Shown: in pieces, positions 34,446-44,100 of the stretch
How the letters are laid out: each line of letters starts with the position of its first letter
Numbering within the stretch: position 1 is the first letter of the stretch
NCBI RefSeq assembly: GCF_000485595.1
Contig: NW_014577067.1
Location: forward strand, 647,482-701,823
Length of the DNA stretch: 54,342 nucleotides
Reading direction: 5' to 3'
From: Priapulus caudatus
Taxonomy: Eukaryota
Position numbers and translations under genes: made by a program
Notes under the pieces: model-generated
The model's input: the letters and a program-made list of their open reading frames with translations, nothing else
The model's database searches: none
Told to the model about the DNA's origin: nothing

Positions 34446-34854
34446 GGGGTGTGCTAGATTATAGATACAATACTACTGTCAATAGTCAAGAATGTAACCC
34501 AAACCCAGGATAGGGGCATCCTATCCTAGGTTTGGGTAGCCCGACCAGGCTGTGCGACGGATTGTCTATACACAGTATTCTAACGCTAGCAATACCGTTT
34601 CTTGGAGCTAGGGTTTGGGTTACATTATTGTATCTAGGGTGTACCGAATGTTTTAATAACTAAATACAAAACATAGAATTAGCCTATATTAATTATATTA
34701 GGATAGGAGCCTACAAAACATCCGAGCGATCGGCTGACTTGTTGTATCAATGTATGTAAGTTACAGTAGGCCTAGTCATATCTCCGGCGAGTTATCCCAA
34801 CGGCAACGTGGCTGTGTGTACCTGTGGCAGTAGCAACGAGGGCTAGTATTGTGC

Positions 34855-35379
34855 TAGCTCTAGTACTATAGCCCGCGTACAGTTGCAGCGCGGCGGCATA
34901 CAGCCTGCGGCAACTGTACGCGGGCTATAGTACTAGAGCTAAGTATAGGACCTAAAGGTGCGATAGCCTGCGGCAACTGTATGCAGGCTATAGTACTAGA
35001 GCTAGTATAGGGCTAAAGGTGCGATAACCTGCGGCAACTGTATGCAGGCTATACTACTAGAGGCTAGTATAGGCTAAAGTGCGATAACCTCGCGGCAACT
35101 GTATGCAGGCTATAGTACTAGAGCTAGGTATAGGGCCTAAAGGTGCGATAACCTGCGGGCATACGTATGGCAGGCTATAGTACTAGAGCTAGTATAGGAC
35201 TAAAGGTCGATAGCCTGCTCGGCAACTGTAGCGGCGGGCCTATAGTACTAGAGCTAGTATAGGGCTAAAGGTGCGATAACCTGCGGCAACTGTATGCAGG
35301 CTATACTACTAGAGCTAGTATAGGGCTAAAGGTGCGATAGCCTGCGGCAACTGTACGCGGGCTATAGTACTAGAGCTAG
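34855..35379. repeat. Hairpin element followed by a ~62-bp tandem array (8 units) derived from its right arm
   Basis: Unit atagcctgcggcaactgtatgcaggctatagtactagagctagtatagggctaaaggtgcg. Confidence 0.88.
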
Positions 35380-35443
35380 ACTTATGTGTCTCTGATCGTT
35401 TCTTGGACTTGGAGCTACGCCTACGGCGATCGAGTCTAGTCAG

Positions 35444-37015
35444 CGTGTGCGTGTGCGTGTGCGTGTGCGTGTGCGTGTGCGTGTGCGTGTGCGTGTGTGC
35501 GTGCGCATGTGTAATCTTGGACTTTGTTTTTGTTTCACGAGACCTTGGGTAATTTTATTCAACTAATGCAAAGCAAACAAATAAGAATAGCTTAAAATAT
35601 TTTATATTTGCAGTGCATATGTATCTTATCAGGAGTTAATAAAGACAAATTTGTCTTTATTAACTCCTGATCTTATGTAATGTCATAATTATAGCTACAG
35701 AAAGGCTAAAAAATCTATATACTCGTAAGGCCACCATTTCTTTTTTTGTTGGTTTACAGAATTTTTGTTGTTGTTGTTGACTCGGTAGGGTAAAAAAAAA
35801 ATGTTTTGTCAGATCAAACAAGTCAAAATACAGTGATACTGTTATACATGATATGATATTAAAGTATTTTAAGAAAAATAAATAAAAACAAAACTCAACT
35901 TGTAATTATTTTTACTTTTATTATAAACTATTTGTTTATGAAATGTTTTTGTTTTTTACATTTGAATTTTTTTAATTCATATTTTTTAGAGAAAAGGTCG
36001 GCGGGAATAAAAAAATACAGATTTTCACCAATTTTTATTTTTTTTCGTTTTTCTTGAAAATTCGGGTCGGCGGATCTGTAAACCAACAAAATAAAAAATT
36101 CTCGCCCAAGGCATATTAGAAGAAGTTTCATGAAAAAAACATTAAAACTTCCAAACCAAGTGACGNNNNNNNNNNCGTAGTCGAGTGACGTGTAGTCGTA
36201 GTCGTAGTCGTAGGTCGTACGTGGTCGTGGTAGTCGTCGTGCGGTCTGGCGTGTGCGGTATTTCTGTGAGTGTGTCACTGTGTGTGCGAGTGCGTGCGCG
36301 TGTGCGTGTGAGTGTGTCACTGTGTGTGCGTGTGCGTGTGCGTGTGAGTGTCACTGTGTGCGTGTGCGTGTGCGTGTGCGTGTGCGTGTGCGTGTGCGTG
36401 TGCGTGTGTGCGTGCGCATGTGTAATCTTGGACTTTGTTTTTGTTTCACGAGACCTTGGGTAATTTTATTCAACTAATGCAAAGCAAACAAATAAGAATA
36501 GCTTAAAATATTTTATATTTGCAGTGCATATGTATCTTATCAGGAGTTAATAAAGACAAATTTGTCTTTATTAACTCCTGATCTTATGTAATGTCATAAT
36601 TATAGCTACAGAAAGGCTAAAAAATCTATATACTCGTAAGGCCACCATTTCTTTTTTTGTTGGTTTACAGAATTTTTGTTGTTGTTGTTGACTCGGTAGG
36701 ATAAAAAAAAAATTATTAAGTAAATTAAAAAGGTATTAAAGTATTTTAAGAAAAATAAATAAAAACAAAACTCAACTTGTAATTATTTTTACTTTTATTA
36801 TAAACTATTTGTTTATGAAATGTTTTTATTTTTACATTTGAATTTTTGTAATTCATATTTTGTAGAAAAAAGGTCGGCGGGTTTTTTTTTTTTTCGTTTT
36901 TCTTGAAAATTCGGGTCGGCGGATCTGTAAACCAACAAAATAAAAAATTCTCGCCCAAGGCATATTAGAAGAAGTTTCATGAAAAAAACATTAAAACTTC
37001 CAAACCAAGTGACGG
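35444..37015 (+). repeat. ~700-bp tandem near-duplicate across the N-gap at 36166-36175 (uncollapsed haplotypes or contig overlap)
   Basis: 35500-36165 and 36412-37013 are near-identical apart from two small indel blocks. Confidence 0.85.
35630..35669. mobile_element. Perfect 40-bp palindrome with CAGGAG termini
   Basis: caggagttaataaagacaaatttgtctttattaactcctg flanked by a 7-bp TSD ATCTTAT. The same locus is repeated at 36541-36580 and 29273-29311. Confidence 0.8.
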
Positions 37016-37376
37016 ATAATTCGTATCGTTATGCAGTAATCCTATAGGCGCCAGTGACTCGATCGTGTTGTTTTCACCGGCGTTCTGCTGGTGGTCACGT
37101 GACTACTGATCTGTGATGTAGCTCCGCCCGCACCTATAGTCTTCTAACCCTAGCAAGACCGTTGCGTATATTGACGTTAGTCACACAGCCTGGTCGGGCT
37201 ACTACTAGTACTAGTAGTAGTACTACTAGTATTACTAGTACTACTACTATTACTGTACTACTCGGAGTCGATCATCTTGGCTCGTCAGATTGTCACCCTG
37301 AACAACATACCAAAGGCTGACTACCTGGCTTTACCCAAGCTAGGTCACACCCCATGTCTAGCTATAGCGTTCCCTA

Positions 37377-37447
37377 TAGATACAATAATGTAACCCAAAC
37401 ACAGGATAGGAACCCTATCCTGTGTTTGGGTTACATTATTGTATCTA
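37377..37447. mobile_element. 71-bp hairpin element with TAG termini
   Basis: tagatacaataatgtaacccaaacacaggatagg-aac-cctatcctgtgtttgggttacattattgtatcta, with a perfect 9-bp TSD CGTTCCCTA. A related interrupted copy lies at ~34460-34637. Confidence 0.8.
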
Positions 37448-37830
37448 CGTTCCCTAGTATAGCTATCCCTGCGTTATTAACCACGTAACCGTGGGCTACG
37501 CAGAAAACTATCCAGATCCAGATCCAGAACATTCCTGAACAACATCCCAGTTCCTACACCCACATTGACGAAAATGACATAGGTGACAATCTGGCCATGC
37601 TCTCCATCCTTGAACCATCTTACTATTACTATGATTTTTATGATTGTAAATAAGTACCTTGACTTTTGCCATGATTAAGTTAGTTATCCGCTTATCGAAC
37701 GCTGTGACATGAACATGATCCATGATTGCTTTCGACATGGTACGCCATCTCTAAGCATCTTCAAAGGATTCTTAATTTCTCATTAGCTTCGTTTCTGTCA
37801 TTCCATATTAGAATTCTCTCCTTCCTCTAG

Positions 37831-37882
37831 TCTTGAGTTAATTGTAAAAGTGAAGCTTTTTCTACTGATCCTGAGAGCACTG
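37831..37882 (+). other. Candidate non-coding 5'-UTR exon of NHLRC2
   Basis: Polypyrimidine acceptor ttctctccttcctctag ending at 37830, donor CTG|gtaaat at 37883, and downstream acceptor tgtttttctccag at 37998, 17 nt before the ATG. Confidence 0.45.
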
Positions 37883-38015
37883 GTAAATACGAGGTCCTGT
37901 TCATATCTTGATATTGTTTTTGTTGGGTAGTTATAAAACAGCATTCACTAACACACAGGCAGAAAATTTCATTGCTATACCCTTGTGTTTTTCTCCAGCA
38001 ATTTCCAAAAGGAAA

Positions 38016-40199
38016 ATGGGACCAGAGGAGAAAATACAGGAGTTAATATCAGAAAGCATTTTCCTGGAAGCCAGACTAAAAGAAGCAGCAAATCCAAATG
38101 AGGTAGATAAATTAGTTTATGATCACATTGAAAAATATGAAAAATATTTTGTTGCGCCTGACTTTGTTGAAGGACTACATTGGTTAAATACTTCGAAGCC
38201 ACTTTCCATACATGGGGATTTGCATGGTAAGGTCACTGTTTTGGACTTTTGGACCTACTGTTGCATCAACTGCATGCACATTCTCCCAGACCTACATCAG
38301 TTAGAGAGTCATCATTCGATCCAAGATGGTCTTGTCATCATCGGGGTTCATTCAGCAAAGTTTGATAACGAGAAGCACGCTGACAACATCGCGAGTGCCG
38401 TCGTCCGCTACGGAATTTCTCACGCCGTCGTGAACGATCCGGAATTGACCATGTGGAACGCGCTGCACGTCTGCGCGTGGCCGACCGTCGCGATTCTCGG
38501 ACCGGACGGGCAGCTGCTGCTCGTGATGATGGGAGAGGGTCACGCACAGACGATGCTTCACTTCACGGGGGCGACGCTCTCATACTTCCGCCGACGCGGC
38601 CGCATCTCCAGCCACGACATCGACTCGAAGCTCTTGCGAGATAGTCTATTCGAGGCGGAGTTGCTCTTTCCGGGGAAGGTGGCCGTCGATTCTAGCGGGG
38701 CGCGTCTGGCGATCTCGGACACCGGACACAACCGTGTCGTCGTTGTCGACAGGAAGGGTGTCGTCGTTCACTGCGTCGGCGGGAGAAAATCGGGATTCAG
38801 AGACGGGAGTTCTGCCGAAGCGAGACTGAATGCGCCGCAGGGTCTGTGCTGGTCGGACGACTGCCTTTACGTGGCCGACACTGAGAATCACGCCGTACGA
38901 CACATCGACCTGCGAGCCGGCGCGGTGACAACCGTAGCGGGAACCGGGCAGATGGGGCACGACAGGGAGGGCGGGAAGCAGGGACGTGAGCAGCCGATCA
39001 GCTCGCCCTGGGATGTTTGCCTCGGGTGTTCCCCCGGAGCCGACGCTAGGAACGTGCTGTTCATTGCTGCGGCGGGAACCCATCAGATCTGGGCGCTATT
39101 CCTGACTGACGCCACCTGGTGGAAGAATAGGGCCGTGCTGTCTGGTACGTGCGTGGCGATTGCCGGGAGCGGAGCCGAAGAGAATCGGAACAACAGCTAT
39201 GCGCACAGGGCCGGCTTCGCTCAGCCATCTGGACTCTCGCTCGACGAAGACGGTAGCTCGCTCTATATCGCAGACAGCGAGAGCTCGAGCATCCGGCGGC
39301 TGTCTTTGCTAGATGGCGCCGTGTCGGGCGTCGTCGGAGGCGCAAAGAACCCTCGCAATCTGTTTGCGTTTGGAGATGTGGACGGCGTCGGCATGGACGC
39401 GAAGCTCCAGCATGCACTCGGGGTCGCCTTGAACCCCGTCAATGGGAACGTCTACGTCGCCGACTCGTACAATCACAAGATAAAGTTCATAGATCTCGCG
39501 ACGCGGCGCTGCAGCATGCTGTGTGGGGCGGGTACGCCGGGCAACAGCACCGGCACCTACGCGGAGACATCGTTCAGCGAACCGGGGGGCCTCGCTAGCG
39601 CCCCCTGCGGTGAGCTGCTGTACGTCGCCGACACAAACAACAATTGCGTAAAGCTCGTCAACCTGAGAGAGAAAACCGTGCGGCAGTTCAACGTCACGAG
39701 CGCTGCTAGCGTAGCTGTCAAAGAGGTTACCTCTGCTCTCAGTTCTGCTAGTGTAACCACGTCAGAGGCTGCTTCAGCTTCATCGGGAGACAGTGGCACC
39801 ATGACAGCTGCCGTGGACGAACAAGTGAGCATCAGTATGTCACCCAATTCCAGACTCACGGTTCACATTCGATTGGATGCTCCCACGGGCAGTGCAGTTG
39901 CCCTCACAGAGGGCGCTCCCAGTCGATGGAAGGTCACCCTGCCAGACGATGCGACCGTCGTCGTGGGAGACCAGAGCCAGTTGCACGGCAACTTGCGCAG
40001 TGTCGAGGCGATGCCCCGCATCGCTCTCACGGTGGCTCCGTGTGCTGAGGAGAGCACGTTCATAGACGTAGAGTGCACAGCGTATGTGTGCAGCGGCTCC
40101 CTGTGTTCAGTGAAGTCAAGGTCATGGCACATCGCTGTGAAGGTCGACCCCGGTAGCGGTGTATGCGAAAAAGACGTTCGTTTAGTTCTTCGCCTGTGA
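38016..40199 (+). CDS. NHLRC2: NHL repeat-containing protein 2 (thioredoxin-like domain, NHL beta-propeller, C-terminal beta domain), 727 aa, single coding exon
   Basis: Diagnostic LDFWTYCCINCMHILPDL and GVHSAKFDNEK motifs; NHL repeats LLFPGKV, LNAPQGL, ISSPWDV, FAQPSGL, LQHALGV, FSEPGGL. The first ATG of the 763-codon ORF is at 38016, just after a splice acceptor. Confidence 0.95.
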   Translation: MGPEEKIQELISESIFLEARLKEAANPNEVDKLVYDHIEKYEKYFVAPDFVEGLHWLNTSKPLSIHGDLHGKVTVLDFWTYCCINCMHILPDLHQLESHHSIQDGLVIIGVHSAKFDNEKHADNIASAVVRYGISHAVVNDPELTMWNALHVCAWPTVAILGPDGQLLLVMMGEGHAQTMLHFTGATLSYFRRRGRISSHDIDSKLLRDSLFEAELLFPGKVAVDSSGARLAISDTGHNRVVVVDRKGVVVHCVGGRKSGFRDGSSAEARLNAPQGLCWSDDCLYVADTENHAVRHIDLRAGAVTTVAGTGQMGHDREGGKQGREQPISSPWDVCLGCSPGADARNVLFIAAAGTHQIWALFLTDATWWKNRAVLSGTCVAIAGSGAEENRNNSYAHRAGFAQPSGLSLDEDGSSLYIADSESSSIRRLSLLDGAVSGVVGGAKNPRNLFAFGDVDGVGMDAKLQHALGVALNPVNGNVYVADSYNHKIKFIDLATRRCSMLCGAGTPGNSTGTYAETSFSEPGGLASAPCGELLYVADTNNNCVKLVNLREKTVRQFNVTSAASVAVKEVTSALSSASVTTSEAASASSGDSGTMTAAVDEQVSISMSPNSRLTVHIRLDAPTGSAVALTEGAPSRWKVTLPDDATVVVGDQSQLHGNLRSVEAMPRIALTVAPCAEESTFIDVECTAYVCSGSLCSVKSRSWHIAVKVDPGSGVCEKDVRLVLRL

Positions 40200-41136
40200 A
40201 ACCCTAGCATTGATCTTACATTCTACACTGTATGCCGGCTGTGATACAAACTGGTCTCACATTGTGTACTACTACTGTAGGACCGAGTGACGTAATATTA
40301 TGTGTCACTTGATGTGGCATCCAGAGTTTTGTTTAAATCAGGGAATAGCTAGTGCATTTAGTGATGCTTGTTTTATAATTGAAAAAGTAAAAATATTATG
40401 CCTTACTAGTTACTAGTGTTAAACTACATATATTAACAAGAATGTCGTAATTTAAAACACATTATATTTTCAAATGTATTTCACTATAGTTTATAGAAAT
40501 AAAGATAAATGCTTATATCTAATAACCTAGTTATTGTTTTATCATGTGTATCTTAACTACTAAAGAAGATAGAATGTTATGAAATTCAAATATTTGAAAT
40601 ATAATTGCTCTCCATCTTAAAATTCACATTCATTCAGTATTTCATGTGTTGTCATGTCATGTTGTGAACAAACAACAATTCATTCCTACATCCAAGCATT
40701 AGAATTTACATCAACCCAATCAAAAGCTAGAATCAAGGAAAATTATTAAGAAAATATCAAAAGCTAATAGAACCTATATCGTTGTATGGATGCAGCATTG
40801 ACGACATTAATGTCGTTATGTTCTTGTTAGGCGTTAAAGTAGGTTATAGATGGTCAGCACAGTACATGGGTGTCACGTAGGACTGACAGGCATTCATCGA
40901 CAATGACAGGTAAATATAGGCGTACTTGTTAATACATTGTACACGTAAATGTGCACAATTGCATGGTATGAAGTGATGCAGACAAATTTACTATTGTAGC
41001 ACAATTTGTATGTCCTAAATTAGCACAAAATTAGTTATACTAGCGACATTAGCGTACTTGCTATAAAGAAAAATTTGCCTAAAAGTTCGAAGCACAAGTT
41101 CGAACCTACTGCCGTTGGAACTGCCGCCGTGTACTG

Positions 41137-44100
41137 ATGTTTACCTGCTTGTTCACGCAACATTCAGAGACACTTCATTCTCTGTTTGCGGAGAGCGTCG
41201 CCAATTTCCGCGACCACACGGCTGTGGTCTACGATGATAACAGCCATGTCACAACTCTGACGTATGGAGAACTGCAACAGTTGGCTGAGATAGTGAGCAC
41301 ACGTCTGCAACAGGCGCAAACACAAGGTCAGTTTATTGGAGTGTCATTGCCGCTGTGCACACAGCTTCCTGGAGTCATCTTAGGGTAAGTGTTTGCATTA
41401 ACCAGCATGGTCTTTCCACTGTTTGTCTATTACTGTTGCGGTGCTCCTTACATTATGTTTTTTAATAGTTGAGTATTGTTGATGTATTGCTTTCAGCAGC
41501 TGTAATTTCTTGTTCTTACATTACTGTCACAGTGTGCTTTCGGCATCGTATGGCTTCGTTTACATTGACGCGAACAGTCCGAGTAGGCACCTAACACACC
41601 TTGTGCAGGAGCTGCATCTCCAGTTCCTCATTGTGGATGAATTGTCATGTTCGGTATGTCTAGGTTTATGTTACTGATATAGGTATTACTTAGGTATAAG
41701 TATTATCAGGAGTAGATAATAGGGAATTCCTTATTATCTACTCCTGGTATTATTTAGGTATGGTGTAATCCAAGATATATGTCATGGTCGAATGTAGTGT
41801 GAAATAAGTAACTTCATGCAAACGTTCATTGATGAATAATCATAACTAACATGACTTTCGTCTTCAGTCTCTACTGGAGAAGTTATCTAGGCATGGCTGC
41901 AGTGTGAATCAGAATCTCATACAATATGGAGAGACCTCTCTAGTTCTGGTTGAGCTTTCGTCGACCGTAAGCTCAAACCAGGTGAACAGTGGTTGCCTGG
42001 CGTATGCAATAACGACGTCTGGCACCACCGGAAGCCCAAAGATTGTGTTTGTTCCACACTCCTGCATTGTGCCTAACATCTTGGACCTCAGGTAAAAATG
42101 CATGAAGTTTTTAAAATTTTAGGTTGTTACACTAATGTAAATGGTGTTTGTAGGCTATTAAAATATGTAGCAGAGCCCTTTATGTTGCATGTACGCAAAG
42201 TGACATGCTACATGTTGGCATGCTCTTACTGTGAATGCCTAACCATATAATGGAGATCGTAACTTGTAAACTGCCCACTCTATCTCCAAATCATTGCTCT
42301 TGAGAATAAAAGAAGGTGCAATCAATGCCAGTGGGTGTGGTGTATGAGCCCCACTTTATTCGCAGTTGTTCCCTTGAATAAGCATTTAATACCAGTCTGG
42401 TTTGTCGACACCTGTAGAAATTTTTACATTTTGTAGAAATGGGTTTAGAGCACCCGTGTAAACTTAAGACAGTCACCCACTTGAAAGCCTGTAGTTTTAC
42501 TGGGTGAAACCTGTTACAGAAACCAATGCAACACAGTTGCAGAGGCCCTATGCTCCACATGAGGAGCCACAAAAAGACAGTCAATGTAAAATATGTTTCA
42601 TAAACAAATGACGAAACTTGTTCCTATGTTTACCTTGTAATTTCTAGTAATGTAAAATTTTCCAGGTCGAGGTTCAGAATCACCGCTGACGATTTAGTAC
42701 TCGTGGCATCACCTTTAACTTTCGACCCAAGCATTGTAGAGCTGTTCACTGCACTAGGTAGTGGAGCAAGTGTGTTGATGGTGCCTCCCTTTGTAAAGCA
42801 ATCTCCCACGTTGTTGATGGACATGATCACAGTCAGGCACACTGTGACAGTTATTCAGGTATTACTGAGTATGTGGCAGAAGGGGTGGGTGAAAAATTGC
42901 GTGATGAGTGCCTCGAGTAATCTGCAGCAGAAAAGAGTTTGACAGAAGTAATTATGCACTGCGTTTATTTTCCTGCAATTTCACATGGAGAAAACTATAT
43001 ATTGTAGTATCTAAAAGCAGATGTTTTTTTAAACATGTTTCTGTATTGCAAAAGGACATGATCGTTACACGGAATGCATATTTAGGCAACACCTACATTG
43101 ATAAGGAGGTTTGCTGATGTGCTACTGAGGTCATCACTTCTCAGTAAGCATTCGAAGATAAGGATCTTGGCCTTGGGTGGAGAACAGTGCCCACATCTTG
43201 GTAAGTTAGCATATCTGTCATTAATTATTGAGTTAATTAATTTAACATTTAAGGGTCACAACAATTATGTTAAACAGTGTTTGGCAAAAGATTAAAACTC
43301 ATAGCCAGTTACGTTTTCTATGTCGGATATAGTCCAGCTTTGTATCCATTTTTACAGGCGAGTTGAGAACATGGAGGGAGGCAGGAAATGAGTGTGAACT
43401 GTACAACATTTATGGAATCACAGAAGTCTCTTGCTGGACCTCAATTCAAAGAATACCTCATGAGGTTTTAGACAGCAGGTATGTTTTCTTCTGTGATAGA
43501 TGTGTTTTTATTATCAGCTTTCTGCAGAGTAGAATATGGCCCAATATGACAAATGCACATTTTTGCTCTGTTCCTTGCAGTACCGATGGACAGGTTCCTT
43601 TAGGACAGGCAATGCTTGCAACAGAACTAGAAGTAAGAGATGAGGCAGGACAGGCAGTCACTGAAGGCCCAGGGCAGTTATATGTTGGTGTGTATCAGAT
43701 CTAGATTTCATTCACGATTCCGGATCTTGGGAAAAATGCAAACCTGCATCATTTTCCTTTAACCTTTAAACAGGGATGTTTGGCATCTAAATGCAACCTG
43801 AACATGTAGTTATTGAAAATAACATAGTTTATAATAAATAGTAATGCTAATAATAATAATAAGAGAAATACACTGATTGTGTTTATTAATTTATTTTATT
43901 TACACACACAGTTGTATATGTGAGTTCACTTTGGCATTTAAAATAGCGTTTTAGATGTTATAACTGGTATTACATTCACTACATGTTTGCCCATTCAGAA
44001 TCTATCATCTAAGGTAAATTTTCTTTCAGGTGGAAAGGACAGGGTTTGCGTTATAGATAACAGCGTTAATGGGTCGTGCCTGAGAGCCACTGGTGACTGG

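Noticed and set aside
37908..38015. 36-aa N-terminal extension of the NHLRC2 ORF
   Set aside because: Starts at TTG and runs through a polypyrimidine tract and AG acceptor (37998), so it is intronic; the first ATG is at 38016.
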